From sequence record MK327934.1: a DNA stretch of 64,000 bases. The stretch is one strand, 5' to 3'. The position numbers and the translations under genes were made by a program. The notes beneath the pieces were generated by a model. The model saw only the letters and a program-made list of their open reading frames with translations, had not been told where the DNA came from and searched no databases. The stretch is from Escherichia phage vB_EcoM_G2469. Of the stretch, positions 1 to 13,207 are shown piece after piece (position 1 is the stretch's first letter; each line of letters opens with the position of its first letter).

Positions 1-2
1 AC

Positions 3-260
3 ACATTAAATACTCTTATAAATGGCACCAACCCAAATGGTTCGACTGTTGAAGAACGCGGTATATTGCCTACAGTTAAAAGTCATGATACGACAATTAA
101 TAGTTTAACTTCTAGAATTGCTACTCTTGAAACTGATTTGGCCGCTGCAGAAGCCGAAATCCAAACTCTTAAGGACGCTGGATATATTGAAGATGCTCCT
201 TCAGACGGTAAATTCTATGTTCGCAAAGATGGTGCATGGGTTGAACTTCCTACAGCTTAA
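3..260 (+). CDS. wac: fibritin (whisker/neck fiber), C-terminal part; gene start is upstream of the window
   Basis: Frame open from window edge; C-terminus ...GYIEDAPSDGKFYVRKDGAWVELPTA matches the T4 fibritin foldon pattern (recalled); followed by a hairpin. Confidence 0.8.
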   Translation, partial: TLNTLINGTNPNGSTVEERGILPTVKSHDTTINSLTSRIATLETDLAAAEAEIQTLKDAGYIEDAPSDGKFYVRKDGAWVELPTA

Positions 261-266
261 TGAAAA

Positions 267-280
267 GGGCCTTCGGGCCC
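267..280 (+). terminator. hairpin GGGCC-UUCG-GGCCC after wac (weak terminator or stability element)
   Basis: Perfect 5-bp GC stem with UUCG loop 7 nt after wac stop; no strong U-run. Confidence 0.45.
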
Positions 281-292
281 TAAAGGATTTAT

Positions 293-1219
293 ATGTCAGG
301 TTATAATGCACAAAACCCTAAAGAATTAAAGGACGTAATATTACGTCGTTTAGGCGCTCCTATTGTAAATGTTGAATTAACTACAGACCAAATTTATGAT
401 TGTATTTCACGAGCGTTAGAACTTTATGGCGAATACCATTTTGACGGGTTGAATAAAGGTTTCCATGTATTTTTTGTTGATGACGAAGAAAAATATCGTC
501 ACGGCGTATTTGATATGCGTGGTTCTAACGTATTTGCTGTAACAAGAATTATAAGAACAAATGTTGGCTCTATTACTTCAATGGATGGTAATGCAACTTA
601 TCCATGGTTCACTGATTTCCTTTTAGGAATGGCAGGTGTTTCAGGTGGTATGGGTAGTAATTGTGGTAAATTCTACGGTCCGAACGCTTTTGGCGCTGAC
701 CTCGGGTATTATTCTCAATTAGTATCTTATATGGGTATGCTTCAAGATATGATTGCTCCTATTCCGGATTTTTGGTTTAACTCTGCAAACGAGCAATTAA
801 AAGTAATGGGTAACTTTAGACAGAAAGATGTCATTATCGTTGAATCGTATGTTCGCTCTTATATCGAGACCCATAAGATGGTAGGAAACACAGTAGGGTA
901 CGGTCAGGTCGGTCCTCGTGATTCGTGGTCTATTTCTGAACGTTATGATAATCCAGACCATAATTTGGTCGGACGACGAGTTGGTGAAGATCCTGCAACT
1001 AAACAAGGCGCATATAACAACCGCTGGGTTAAAGATTATGCAACTGCATTAGCTAAAGAGCTTAATGGACAAATTCTTGCTAAACATCAAGGTATGATGT
1101 TACCAGGTGGCGTCACTGTTGATGGTGTTCGATTAATTGAAGAAGCTCGTTTAGAGAAAGAAGCTTTACGAGAAGAGTTATATTTACTGGACCCTCCTGC
1201 AGGTATTTTGGTAGGTTAA
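293..1219 (+). CDS. 13: neck protein gp13
   Basis: 308 aa; near-identical over long stretches to T4 gp13 as recalled ([23 protein letters not shown]...LYLLDPP.GILVG). Confidence 0.93.
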   Translation: MSGYNAQNPKELKDVILRRLGAPIVNVELTTDQIYDCISRALELYGEYHFDGLNKGFHVFFVDDEEKYRHGVFDMRGSNVFAVTRIIRTNVGSITSMDGNATYPWFTDFLLGMAGVSGGMGSNCGKFYGPNAFGADLGYYSQLVSYMGMLQDMIAPIPDFWFNSANEQLKVMGNFRQKDVIIVESYVRSYIETHKMVGNTVGYGQVGPRDSWSISERYDNPDHNLVGRRVGEDPATKQGAYNNRWVKDYATALAKELNGQILAKHQGMMLPGGVTVDGVRLIEEARLEKEALREELYLLDPPAGILVG

Positions 1220-1220
1220 T

Positions 1221-1985
1221 ATGGCAACTTATGATAAAAATCTTTTCGCCAAGCTAGAAAATCGTGGTGGGTATTCTCAGACAAATGAGACCGAAATCCT
1301 CAATCCATTTGTCAATTTTAATAATTATGAGAATAGTCAGACATTAGCCGATGTTCTAGTGGCAGAAAGCATACAGATGCGCGGTATTGAATGTTTTTAT
1401 GTTCCACGTGAATATGTTGCCGTGGACCTTATCTTTGGTGAGGACCTTAAAAATAAATTTACTAAAGCATGGAAATTTGCTGCATATCTGAACTCTTTTG
1501 AAGGTTATGAAGGAGCGAAATCGTTCTTCAGCAACTTCGGAATGCAAGTTCAAGACGAAGTTACATTATCTATTAACCCAGGTCTTTTCAAACACCAGGT
1601 CAACAATCAGGAGCCCAAGGAAGGTGATTTAATATACTTCCCAATGGACAACAGTTTGTTTGAGATTAACTGGGTTGAACCATATGACCCATTCTATCAA
1701 GTAGGTAAAAATGCGATTCGTAAAATTACTGCAGGCAAGTTTATTTACTCTGGCGAAGAAATCAATCCGGTGCTTCAGAAAAATGAAGGTATCAATATAC
1801 CTGAATTTAGTGACTTGGAACTTAACCCTGTTAGAAATCTTGACGGTATCCATGACATTAATATCGATGAATATTCTGAAGTTGAGCAAATCAATTCAGA
1901 GGCAAGTGAATACGTTGAGCCGTATGTAGTAGTTAACAACCATGGTAGACAAAATTCACCGTTTGACGACGTGTTTATGAATTAA
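1221..1985 (+). CDS. 14: neck protein gp14
   Basis: 254 aa; [15 protein letters not shown]... matches T4 gp14; synteny 13-14-15. Confidence 0.93.
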   Translation: MATYDKNLFAKLENRGGYSQTNETEILNPFVNFNNYENSQTLADVLVAESIQMRGIECFYVPREYVAVDLIFGEDLKNKFTKAWKFAAYLNSFEGYEGAKSFFSNFGMQVQDEVTLSINPGLFKHQVNNQEPKEGDLIYFPMDNSLFEINWVEPYDPFYQVGKNAIRKITAGKFIYSGEEINPVLQKNEGINIPEFSDLELNPVRNLDGIHDINIDEYSEVEQINSEASEYVEPYVVVNNHGRQNSPFDDVFMN

Positions 1986-2037
1986 TAAATAGATAAGATA
2001 AAGCAAACACCGGTCGAAAGGCCGGTTAGGAGAAATG

Positions 2038-2859
2038 ATGTTTGGTTATTTTTACAACTCGTCGTTCAGGCGATATATCACAATGATGGGCGATTTGTTT
2101 TCAAATATCCAAGTTAACCGTCAATTGTCTACAGGCAATAAATTAATTAGAGTTCCTATTACGTATGCATCTAAAGAGCACTTTATGATGAAACTTAATA
2201 AATGGACCTCTATAAACTCACAAGAAGATGTGGCTAAAGTCGAAACTATTCTACCACGTATAAATCTCCAAATGGTAGATTTCGTTTATAACCCAACGTT
2301 TAAAACGAATATATTGAATAACTCTCTTTTGAGTAAATCGACTAAGGATATTGTAGACCAATACAACCCATCACCAATTAAAATGATTTTTGAACTGAGC
2401 ATCTTTACTCGTTATGAAGATGATATGTTCCAAATCGTTGAGCAAATTATTCCATATTTTCAGCCGCATTTTAATACGACTATGATTGAGCAATATGGGC
2501 AGGATATTCCATTTGAAAGGGATATTAAAGTCGTATGGATGGCAGCAGCAATGGATGAACAAATAGACGGTGATAATTTATCCCGTCGACGTTTAGAGTG
2601 GTCATTAACATTTGAAGTAAATGGATGGATGTATCCTCCGGTAGGCGCAGCTGAAGGCCTTATTAAAACGACTTATCTTGATTTTCATGCTAATGAACGA
2701 GACCTTCAAACAGCCGCCAGCGTTTTTGAATCAGTTGATACAGAAATTAAACCGAGAGACGTTGAAGCACAAGATTGGAATGGTGAAGTTGAACAAACTT
2801 ATACTCATGATATTCCAATCCCGACTCCACCAACCCCTCCTGGTCCTAGAAAACAATAA
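2038..2859 (+). CDS. 15: tail sheath stabilizer / tail completion protein gp15
   Basis: MFGYFYNSSFRRY... like T4 gp15; second ATG chosen for better SD spacing (AGGAGAAATGATG). Confidence 0.9.
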   Translation: MFGYFYNSSFRRYITMMGDLFSNIQVNRQLSTGNKLIRVPITYASKEHFMMKLNKWTSINSQEDVAKVETILPRINLQMVDFVYNPTFKTNILNNSLLSKSTKDIVDQYNPSPIKMIFELSIFTRYEDDMFQIVEQIIPYFQPHFNTTMIEQYGQDIPFERDIKVVWMAAAMDEQIDGDNLSRRRLEWSLTFEVNGWMYPPVGAAEGLIKTTYLDFHANERDLQTAASVFESVDTEIKPRDVEAQDWNGEVEQTYTHDIPIPTPPTPPGPRKQ

Positions 2860-5185
<2,326 letters not shown>

Positions 5186-5212
5186 AAATAAAGCAAATTA
5201 AGAGGAATTAAA

Positions 5213-7195
5213 ATGTCACTTCTCTCTCCGGGCGTTGAGCTCAAAGAAACTACCGTACAGAGTACTGTAGTTAATAACTCCACTGGTACTGCTGCCCTGG
5301 CTGGAAAATTCCAATGGGGACCTGCATTCCAGATTAAACAAATCACTGATGAAGTTGCATTAGTTGATATGTTTGGTACTCCTAATACGGATACAGCAGA
5401 TTATTTCATGTCTGCTATGAACTTCCTTCAATATGGTAATGACCTTCGTGTTGTACGCGCAGTTGACCGTGATACTGCTAAGAACTCATCTCCTGTAGCA
5501 GGCAATATTGAATTCACAATCTCTGCTGCTGGTAGTAACTACGCAGTTGGTGATAAAATTATCGTTAAGTATTTGACCGAAACTGTTGAAGCAGATGGTT
5601 ATGTCACTTCAGTTGATGTCGATGGTAAAATTCTTAACATTTATATCCCAACCGGTAAAATTATTGCTCGTGCAAAAGAAATTAATGAATATCCGGCATT
5701 GGGTTCTAACTGGACCGCCGAAGTTGCCAGTTCTTCTTCTGGACTCTCTGGCGTTATTACAATTGGTTCTATCGTAACCGATTCGGGTATTCTGTTAACT
5801 GAAGTTGAAACTTCTGAAGAAGCTATTACTTCTCTAACTTTCCAAGAATCTATTAAAAAATATGGTGTCCCAGGCGTAGTTGCTCTTTATCCTGGTGAAC
5901 TTGGCGACCAGCTCGAAATTGAAATCGTATCTAAAGCAGACTACGACAAAGGTGCTTCAGCCCAGTTAAAAATTTATCCTGATGGTGGTACTCGCGCATC
6001 TACTGCTAAAGCAATATTTGGGTATGGCCCACAAACTGATGACCAATATGCAATTATCGTTCGTCGTAACGATGCTGTAGTCCAGAGTGTAGTTCTTTCT
6101 ACTAAACGAGGTGAACGCGATATTTATGGTAGTAATATCTTTATTGATGATTTCTTTGCTAAAGGTGCAAGCAATTATATTTTCGCTACTGCACAAGGTT
6201 GGCCAAAAGGTTTCTCTGGCGTAATCAAACTGGGTGGTGGCTTATCATCTAATGAAACGGTTGACGCTGGTGATTTAATGGAAGCTTGGGATTTGTTTGC
6301 TGACCGTGAATCTGTTAATGCGCAGTTGTTTATTGCCGGTTCTTGTGCAGGTGAATCTTTAGAAGTTGCTTCTACAGTTCAGAAACATGTTGTAGCAATT
6401 GGTGATTCTCGTCAAGATTGCTTGGTTCTTTGCTCACCACCACGTGCAACTATAGTCGGTATTCCTGTTAATCGTGCAGTTGATAATCTGGTTGATTGGC
6501 GTACTGCATCAGGAACTTACACTGATAATAACTTTAATGTAAGTTCTACTTACGCTGCTATTGACGGTAACTATAAATATCAATATGACAAATATAATGA
6601 TGTGAATCGTTGGGTTCCATTAGCTGCTGATATTGCTGGTCTTTGTGCTCGCACAGACAATATTTCTCAGCCTTGGATGTCTCCTGCCGGTTATAACCGT
6701 GGACAAATTCTTAACGTTATTAAGCTTGCAATTGAAACTCGCCAAGCGCAGCGTGATCGTTTGTACCAGGAAGCTATTAACCCTGTTACTGGTACCGGCG
6801 GTGATGGATATGTTCTGTATGGTGATAAAACTGCCACTTCTGTTCCTTCACCATTTGACCGTATTAACGTTCGTCGTTTGTTCAATATGGTTAAAACGAA
6901 CATTGGTTCAGCATCTAAATATCGCCTGTTTGAATTGAACAACGCATTTACCCGTTCTTCTTTCCGTACAGAGACTTCTCAATATCTACAGGGTATTAAA
7001 GCTCTCGGTGGTGTATATAACTTTAAAGTTGTTTGTGATACTACCAATAACACACCAGCAGTTATCGACCGTAATGAATTTGTAGCTACTTTCTACTTAC
7101 AACCTGCCCGCTCGATAAATTATATTACGTTGAACTTTGTAGCAACAGCAACCGGTGCCGATTTCGACGAACTGATTGGTGCTGTAGGCGGTTAA
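5213..7195 (+). CDS. 18: contractile tail sheath protein gp18
   Basis: 660 aa; long near-identical stretches to T4 gp18 (MSLLSPGVELKETTVQSTVVNNSTGTAALAGKFQWGPAFQIKQ...). Confidence 0.95.
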   Translation: MSLLSPGVELKETTVQSTVVNNSTGTAALAGKFQWGPAFQIKQITDEVALVDMFGTPNTDTADYFMSAMNFLQYGNDLRVVRAVDRDTAKNSSPVAGNIEFTISAAGSNYAVGDKIIVKYLTETVEADGYVTSVDVDGKILNIYIPTGKIIARAKEINEYPALGSNWTAEVASSSSGLSGVITIGSIVTDSGILLTEVETSEEAITSLTFQESIKKYGVPGVVALYPGELGDQLEIEIVSKADYDKGASAQLKIYPDGGTRASTAKAIFGYGPQTDDQYAIIVRRNDAVVQSVVLSTKRGERDIYGSNIFIDDFFAKGASNYIFATAQGWPKGFSGVIKLGGGLSSNETVDAGDLMEAWDLFADRESVNAQLFIAGSCAGESLEVASTVQKHVVAIGDSRQDCLVLCSPPRATIVGIPVNRAVDNLVDWRTASGTYTDNNFNVSSTYAAIDGNYKYQYDKYNDVNRWVPLAADIAGLCARTDNISQPWMSPAGYNRGQILNVIKLAIETRQAQRDRLYQEAINPVTGTGGDGYVLYGDKTATSVPSPFDRINVRRLFNMVKTNIGSASKYRLFELNNAFTRSSFRTETSQYLQGIKALGGVYNFKVVCDTTNNTPAVIDRNEFVATFYLQPARSINYITLNFVATATGADFDELIGAVGG

Positions 7196-7208
7196 TAAGA
7201 CGCCTGAT

Positions 7209-7226
7209 GGGCTATTTCGGTAGCCC
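7209..7226 (+). terminator. hairpin GGGCUA-(U)UUCG(G)-UAGCCC after gene 18
   Basis: 6-bp stem with UUCG-type loop 14 nt after gene 18 stop. Confidence 0.45.
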
Positions 7227-7227
7227 A

Positions 7228-7235
7228 TATAAATA
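7228..7235 (+). promoter_or_regulatory. late promoter (TATAAATA) for gene 19
   Basis: Exact TATAAATA after the gene 18 hairpin. Confidence 0.7.
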
Positions 7236-7307
7236 TACTATATCGTTTAAAAATTAATTCTATGGGCATCCGGTTAATCCTAAGCCCATATTACTACAGA
7301 GGCTAAT

Positions 7308-7799
7308 ATGTTTGTAGATGACGTAACTCGCGCCTTCGAATCTGGTGATTTCGCTCGCCCTAACCTGTTCGAAGTAGAAATCTCTTATCTTGGGCAAAAC
7401 TTTAGCTTCCAGTGTCGTGCTACGGCTCTTCCTGCTGCGATCGTTGAAAAGGTTCCTGTTTCTTATATGAACCGTAAAATTAACGTGGCCGGTGATCGTA
7501 CATTCGATGATTGGACTATTACAGTAATGAACGATGATGCTCATAGCATTCGTCAGAAATTTGTTGATTGGCAAGGTATTGCAGCAGGACAAGGTAATGA
7601 AATTACCGGTGGTAAACCTGCTGAATATAAAAAGTCTGCTATCGTTCGTCAATTTGCTCGTGATGCTAAAACGGTCACTAAAGAAGTTGAAATTGTCGGC
7701 TTGTGGCCTACTAACGTTGGCGAAGTATCTCTTGACTGGGACAGCAATAACGAGATTGAAACGTTCGAAGTAACTCTTGCTCTTGATTGGTGGGAATAA
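7308..7799 (+). CDS. 19: tail tube protein gp19
   Basis: 163 aa, T4 gp19 length; MFVDDVTRAFESGDFARPNLFEVEISYLG...; late promoter upstream. Confidence 0.93.
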   Translation: MFVDDVTRAFESGDFARPNLFEVEISYLGQNFSFQCRATALPAAIVEKVPVSYMNRKINVAGDRTFDDWTITVMNDDAHSIRQKFVDWQGIAAGQGNEITGGKPAEYKKSAIVRQFARDAKTVTKEVEIVGLWPTNVGEVSLDWDSNNEIETFEVTLALDWWE

Positions 7800-7806
7800 T
7801 CTGGTT

Positions 7807-7820
7807 GGGGAGAAATCCCC
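7807..7820 (+). terminator. hairpin GGGGA-GAAA-UCCCC after gene 19
   Basis: GNRA tetraloop hairpin 8 nt after gene 19 stop. Confidence 0.45.
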
Positions 7821-7847
7821 AGCTTCCCGTGATGACGGAGAAGTCCA

Positions 7848-7855
7848 TATAAATA
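7848..7855 (+). promoter_or_regulatory. late promoter (TATAAATA) for gene 20
   Basis: Exact TATAAATA 29 nt upstream of gene 20 ATG. Confidence 0.7.
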
Positions 7856-7883
7856 TAACTATAATTCCCATTCGGAGAATACA

Positions 7884-9455
7884 ATGAAATTTAATATCTT
7901 AAGTTTGTTTGCTCCATGGGCAAAAATGGACGAACGTGATTACAAAGACCAAGAAAAAGAAAATTTAGAATCTATCACCACACCAAAATTAGACGATGGT
8001 GCTAAAGAATACGAAGTATCTGAAAATGAAGCACAGCAAACATATAATGCTATGTTTCAGAGAATGTTTGGTAGTCAAGAACCAGGGCTCAAATCAACCC
8101 GTGAACTAATCGATACGTATCGAAATTTGATGACGAACTATGAAGTGGATAATGCAGTCTCTGAAATAGTTTCCGATGCTATCGTATATGAAGATGATAC
8201 AGAAGTCGTTTCTATAAATTTAGACAACACAAAATTTAGTCCAAATATAAAATCAATGATGTTGGATGAATTTAACGAAGTGTTGAATCATTTATCTTTC
8301 CAACGTAAAGGTTCAGACCATTTTAGGCGTTGGTATGTGGATTCTCGAATTTTCTTCCATAAAATTATTGACCCTAAACGCCCTAAAGAAGGTATTAAAG
8401 AGCTTCGTCGTTTAGACCCACGTCAAGTTCAATATGTCCGTGAAGTTATTACAACCACTGAAGCCGGTGTTAAAATAGTCAAGGGTTATAAAGAATATTT
8501 CATTTATGACACATCACACGAATCTTATGCTTGTGATGGTCGCATATATGAAGCGGGCACAAAAATAAAAATCCCTAAAGCCGCGATTGTTTACGCCCAT
8601 TCTGGTTTAGTTGATTGTTGTGGTAAAAATATCATTGGTTATTTGCATCGGGCTATTAAGCCAGCGAACCAATTAAAACTTCTTGAAGATGCCGTCGTAA
8701 TTTATCGTATTACTCGTGCTCCCGATCGTCGTGTATGGTACGTTGATACAGGTAATATGCCTTCAAGAAAAGCAGCAGAACATATGCAACATGTTATGAA
8801 TACGATGAAAAACCGTATTGCATATGATGCTACTACAGGCAAGATTAAAAACCAACAGCATATTATGTCGATGACCGAAGATTATTGGTTACAACGACGT
8901 GATGGTAAAGCAGTAACAGAAGTTGATACATTACCAGGTGCAGATAATACCGGAAATATGGAAGATGTACGTTGGTTCCGTAATGCGCTTTATATGGCTT
9001 TACGTATTCCTATTACCCGTATTCCAAGTGACCAAGGTGGTATACAGTTTGATGCTGGTACTTCTATTACACGAGATGAATTATCATTTGGTAAATTTAT
9101 TCGTGAGCTGCAACATAAATTTGAAGAGATATTCCTAGACCCGCTTAAAACTAATTTAATTCTTAAAGGAATTATTACAGAAGATGAGTGGAATGATGAA
9201 ATAAATAATATTAAGATAAAATTTCATCGGGATAGTTATTTCTCGGAATTAAAGGATGCTGAGATTCTGGAGCGTCGCATTAATATGCTTCAGATGGCCG
9301 AACCATTTATTGGTAAATATATTTCTCACAGAACAGCTATGAAAGATATTCTTCAGATGTCTGACGAGGAAATTGAACAAGAGGCTAAGCAAATTGAAGA
9401 AGAGTCGAAAGAGGCTCGTTTCCAAGACCCCGACCAAGAACAAGAGGATTTTTAA
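7884..9455 (+). CDS. 20: portal vertex protein gp20
   Basis: 523 aa; [18 protein letters not shown]... and C-terminus ...[14 protein letters not shown] match T4 gp20. Confidence 0.95.
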   Translation: MKFNILSLFAPWAKMDERDYKDQEKENLESITTPKLDDGAKEYEVSENEAQQTYNAMFQRMFGSQEPGLKSTRELIDTYRNLMTNYEVDNAVSEIVSDAIVYEDDTEVVSINLDNTKFSPNIKSMMLDEFNEVLNHLSFQRKGSDHFRRWYVDSRIFFHKIIDPKRPKEGIKELRRLDPRQVQYVREVITTTEAGVKIVKGYKEYFIYDTSHESYACDGRIYEAGTKIKIPKAAIVYAHSGLVDCCGKNIIGYLHRAIKPANQLKLLEDAVVIYRITRAPDRRVWYVDTGNMPSRKAAEHMQHVMNTMKNRIAYDATTGKIKNQQHIMSMTEDYWLQRRDGKAVTEVDTLPGADNTGNMEDVRWFRNALYMALRIPITRIPSDQGGIQFDAGTSITRDELSFGKFIRELQHKFEEIFLDPLKTNLILKGIITEDEWNDEINNIKIKFHRDSYFSELKDAEILERRINMLQMAEPFIGKYISHRTAMKDILQMSDEEIEQEAKQIEEESKEARFQDPDQEQEDF

Positions 9456-9685
9456 TGGACGATTTAATTCAAGCTATTAAATCAAACGACCTCGTTGCTA
9501 CTCGAAAGTTTTTTGAAAGTGCAATGGCAGAAAAAACGGTTCGTTTGATTGAAGCACGCAAAGCAGAAATCGCTTCTCAATTTTTAATTGAAGGCGAAGA
9601 ACCTGAAGAAGAAAAGAAAGCTTCGGAAGACGACGCTGATGAAGGCGATGACGACGAAGACGAAGATGATGAGGACGATGAATAA
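9455..9685 (+). CDS. 67: prohead core protein gp67
   Basis: 76 aa with acidic D/E-rich tail; position between 20 and 68 as in T4. Confidence 0.8.
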   Translation: MDDLIQAIKSNDLVATRKFFESAMAEKTVRLIEARKAEIASQFLIEGEEPEEEKKASEDDADEGDDDEDEDDEDDE

Positions 9686-10110
9686 TGTATCTTATCCCTG
9701 AATCTTATGAATTGGTACTCGAAAATGTCGAAGCACTTATTCCTGAAGCACAGGGCCGAATCGATGCATTGTCTTCTGCTCTCGATATTGACGATATAAA
9801 TACTATTATCGAGAACATGCTTGAAACTGAAACGGATTTAGCTGTTGCAATGGCTTCCATTATTAATGAAGAACAGTTAAATGAGTTTATCGTTAAACAT
9901 GTTTCTTCTCGTGGTGAAGTCACTCGCACTAAAGACCGTAAAACTCGTGAACGTAACGCGTTCCAAACCACTGGTCTTTCTAAAGCAAAACGTAGACAAA
10001 TCGCTCGTAAGGTCGTTAAAGCTAAAAAAGCTAACCCTTCAGGCCAAGTTAAAGGCTTGCGTAAGCGTAAAAAGGCTCTTAAACGTCGTAAAGCATTAGG
10101 ATTAAGCTAA
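9685..10110 (+). CDS. 68: prohead core protein gp68
   Basis: 141 aa, basic C-terminus; T4 synteny 20-67-68-21. Confidence 0.8.
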   Translation: MYLIPESYELVLENVEALIPEAQGRIDALSSALDIDDINTIIENMLETETDLAVAMASIINEEQLNEFIVKHVSSRGEVTRTKDRKTRERNAFQTTGLSKAKRRQIARKVVKAKKANPSGQVKGLRKRKKALKRRKALGLS

Positions 10111-10751
10111 TGAATAAACCCGAGTTACTTATTGAAACTTGGGGTCAACCCGGTGAGATTATTGATGGCGTTCCAATGTTGGAATCTCATGATGGAAAAG
10201 ATTCTGGCTTAAAACCAGGGCTTTATATAGAAGGTATTTTTCTTCAGGCAGAGGTTGTTAACCGAAATAAACGTTTATATCCTAAACGCGTTTTGGAAAA
10301 AGCAGTAAGTGACTATATTAAAGAACAAGTCGCAACCAAACAAGCCCTTGGAGAATTAAACCATCCACCTCGTGCAAATGTTGACCCTATGCAAGCCGCT
10401 ATCATTATTGAAGATATGTGGTGGAAAGGAAACGATGTATATGGACGTGCTAGAATTATTGAAGGCGACCATGGTCCCGGTGATAAATTAGCTGCTAATA
10501 TACGAGCTGGTTGGATTCCAGGTGTTTCCTCTCGTGGTCTTGGTTCTTTAACCGACACCAATAAAGGGTACCGTATCGTGAACGAAGGATTTAAATTAAC
10601 CGTCGGCGTAGATGCCGTATGGGGACCTTCTGCTCCAGATGCTTGGGTTACTCCTAAACAAATATCAGAATCAGAAAATTCGGTGGAAATCACCAAAAAC
10701 AGTGCTGATGAAGCATTTAAAGCTCTCGCAGAGAGTTTAAAAGCATTATAA
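10110..10751 (+). CDS. 21: prohead core protease gp21
   Basis: 213 aa; T4 gp21 length and position; start overlaps gp68 stop. Confidence 0.9.
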   Translation: MNKPELLIETWGQPGEIIDGVPMLESHDGKDSGLKPGLYIEGIFLQAEVVNRNKRLYPKRVLEKAVSDYIKEQVATKQALGELNHPPRANVDPMQAAIIIEDMWWKGNDVYGRARIIEGDHGPGDKLAANIRAGWIPGVSSRGLGSLTDTNKGYRIVNEGFKLTVGVDAVWGPSAPDAWVTPKQISESENSVEITKNSADEAFKALAESLKAL

Positions 10752-10754
10752 ATA
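10747..10754 (+). promoter_or_regulatory. late promoter (TATAAATA) for gene 22
   Basis: Exact TATAAATA overlapping gene 21 stop. Confidence 0.65.
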
Positions 10755-10784
10755 ATAATGTAATCTAAACCACAGGACACTAAA

Positions 10785-11597
10785 ATGATCAAAGAACAAC
10801 TTTTGAAAGAAGCTCAGAATATCGAGACTTCAGTTGCTCTTAATAGTGTTTTCGAATCAGTAGAACTGTCTCCGGACGTTAAAGCTAATTTCAGCACTGT
10901 ATTCGAAGCCACCGTTAAGCAGGAAGCAGTCAAACTAGCTGAATCTCATATCAAAGCTATCGCCGAAAAAGCCGAAGAAGAAGTTGAAAAGGCTAAAGAA
11001 GATGCTGAAGAGAAAGCTGATAAAAAATTGGCTGAACAAGCTTCTAAATTCCTAGACCATCTTGCAAAAGAATGGCTCGCAGAAAACCAAATCGCAGTTG
11101 ATAAAGGCATTAAAGCTGATTTGTTCGAATCCATGCTTGGTGGTCTGAAAGAACTGTTTGTTGAACATAACGTTGTTGTTCCAGAAGAATCTGTAGATGT
11201 TGTAGCAGAAATGGAAGAAGAGCTGGCCGAACATAAAGAAGAAACCGCTCGTTTGTTCGAAGAAGTTACCAAACGTGATGCATATATCAATTACGTTCAG
11301 CGTGAAACCGCTATTAATGAAAGCGTAAAAGACCTGACTGAATCTCAGAAAGAAAAAGTTATTGGCCTGGTTGAAGGTATGGATTATTCTGACGCATTTG
11401 GTACTAAGTTAACTGCTATTGTAGAAATGGTTAAAGGTTCTACTAAAGAAGAAGCCGCTATTACCGAAAGTATAAATACAGTTGACAATGACGCTGCCGG
11501 TCTTAATTTTGTTGCCGAAGCAGTTGACACTACCACAACTCAGGTAGAACAGAATTCTAATGTAAGTTTATATGCGAAAGTCGCATCTCGTTTCTAA
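10785..11597 (+). CDS. 22: prohead core scaffold protein gp22
   Basis: 270 aa, E/K-rich predicted coiled coil; T4 gp22 length and position; contains the late promoter for gene 23. Confidence 0.9.
   Translation: MIKEQLLKEAQNIETSVALNSVFESVELSPDVKANFSTVFEATVKQEAVKLAESHIKAIAEKAEEEVEKAKEDAEEKADKKLAEQASKFLDHLAKEWLAENQIAVDKGIKADLFESMLGGLKELFVEHNVVVPEESVDVVAEMEEELAEHKEETARLFEEVTKRDAYINYVQRETAINESVKDLTESQKEKVIGLVEGMDYSDAFGTKLTAIVEMVKGSTKEEAAITESINTVDNDAAGLNFVAEAVDTTTTQVEQNSNVSLYAKVASRF
11471..11478 (+). promoter_or_regulatory. late promoter (TATAAATA) for gene 23, inside gene 22
   Basis: Exact TATAAATA about 140 nt upstream of gene 23 ATG. Confidence 0.65.
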
Positions 11598-11614
11598 TTT
11601 AAAGGTTAACACAA

Positions 11615-13183
11615 ATGACTACTATCAAAACTAAAGCTCAGCTCGTAGACAAATGGAAAGAACTGCTGGAAGGTGAAGGCCTGCCGGAAATCGCTAATAG
11701 CAAGCAGGCTATTATCGCTAAAATCTTCGAAAACCAGGAAAAAGATTTCGAAGTATCCCCTGAATATAAAGACGAGAAAATCGCTCAGGCATTTGGTTCT
11801 TTCTTGACCGAAGCTGAAATTGGTGGTGACCATGGTTATAATGCTCAGAACATCGCAGCAGGTCAAACCTCTGGTGCAGTAACCCAAATTGGGCCGGCAG
11901 TTATGGGTATGGTTCGTCGTGCTATTCCTAATCTGATCGCTTTTGATATTTGTGGTGTTCAGCCTATGAACAGCCCGACCGGCCAGGTATTTGCTCTCCG
12001 TGCAGTATATGGTAAAGACCCTATCGCTGCTGGCGCTAAAGAAGCTTTCCATCCGATGTATGCCCCAGACGCGATGTTCTCTGGTCAGGGTGCTGCTAAG
12101 AAATTCCCAGCTCTGGCTGCTGACACTACTACTGTTGTAGGTGATATCTATACTCACTTCTTCCAAGAAACTGGTACTGTATATCTGCAAGCTTCTGCTG
12201 TCGTAACACTTGATTCTGGTGCAACTGATGCAGCTAAATTAGATGCAGAAGTTAAGAAACAAATGGAAGCTGGTGCACTGGTAGAAATCGCTGAAGGTAT
12301 GGCTACTTCTATCGCTGAACTTCAGGAAGGTTTCAACGGTTCTACCGATAACCCATGGAATGAAATGGGCTTCCGTATCGATAAACAAGTTATCGAAGCT
12401 AAATCTCGCCAGCTGAAAGCTGCTTACTCTATCGAATTAGCACAAGACCTCCGTGCAGTACACGGTATGGATGCTGATGCTGAACTGAGCGGTATTCTGG
12501 CTACAGAAATTATGCTAGAAATCAACCGTGAAGTTGTTGATTGGATTAACTACTCAGCACAGGTTGGTAAATCTGGTATGACCCTGACTCCGGGTTCTAA
12601 AGCTGGCGTATTTGACTTCCAAGACCCGATTGATATCCGTGGTGCTCGTTGGGCCGGTGAAAGCTTTAAATCTCTGTTGTTCCAGATTGATAAAGAAGCA
12701 GTTGAAATTGCTCGTCAAACCGGTCGTGGTGAAGGTAACTTCATTATCGCTTCCCGTAACGTAGTTAACGTACTGGCTTCAGTTGATACTGGTATTTCTT
12801 ACGCTGCACAGGGTCTGGCTTCTGGTTTTAATACCGACACTACTAAGTCTGTATTTGCCGGTGTACTTGGTGGTAAATACCGCGTATACATCGACCAGTA
12901 TGCTAAACAGGATTACTTCACCGTTGGTTACAAAGGCGCTAACGAAATGGATGCAGGTATTTACTATGCTCCTTACGTTGCACTTACCCCGCTGCGTGGT
13001 TCCGATCCTAAGAACTTCCAGCCGGTAATGGGCTTTAAAACTCGTTACGGTATCGGTGTTAACCCGTTTGCTGAAAGTTCCCTGCAGGCTCCAGGTGCTC
13101 GCATCCAGTCCGGTATGCCATCTATCCTGAACAGCCTTGGTAAGAACGCTTACTTCCGCCGTGTATATGTAAAAGGCATCTAA
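11615..13183 (+). CDS. 23: major capsid protein gp23
   Basis: 522 aa; MTTIKTKAQLVDKWKELLEGEGLPEIANSKQAIIAKIFENQEKDFEVSPEYKDEKIAQAFGSFLTEAEIGGDHGYNAQN... is the T4 gp23 sequence pattern. Confidence 0.97.
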   Translation: MTTIKTKAQLVDKWKELLEGEGLPEIANSKQAIIAKIFENQEKDFEVSPEYKDEKIAQAFGSFLTEAEIGGDHGYNAQNIAAGQTSGAVTQIGPAVMGMVRRAIPNLIAFDICGVQPMNSPTGQVFALRAVYGKDPIAAGAKEAFHPMYAPDAMFSGQGAAKKFPALAADTTTVVGDIYTHFFQETGTVYLQASAVVTLDSGATDAAKLDAEVKKQMEAGALVEIAEGMATSIAELQEGFNGSTDNPWNEMGFRIDKQVIEAKSRQLKAAYSIELAQDLRAVHGMDADAELSGILATEIMLEINREVVDWINYSAQVGKSGMTLTPGSKAGVFDFQDPIDIRGARWAGESFKSLLFQIDKEAVEIARQTGRGEGNFIIASRNVVNVLASVDTGISYAAQGLASGFNTDTTKSVFAGVLGGKYRVYIDQYAKQDYFTVGYKGANEMDAGIYYAPYVALTPLRGSDPKNFQPVMGFKTRYGIGVNPFAESSLQAPGARIQSGMPSILNSLGKNAYFRRVYVKGI

Positions 13184-13207
13184 TCTTAATTGATTAAATC
13201 TTATTTT

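Noticed and set aside
7260-7871. 203-aa - strand ORF
   Set aside because: Lies antisense across gene 19 and its flanking late promoters; no promoter or SD; gene 19 is strongly supported
10946-11290. 114-aa - strand ORF rich in Ser/Ala
   Set aside because: Antisense to gene 22, whose E/K/A-rich codons give an open reverse frame; not a gene
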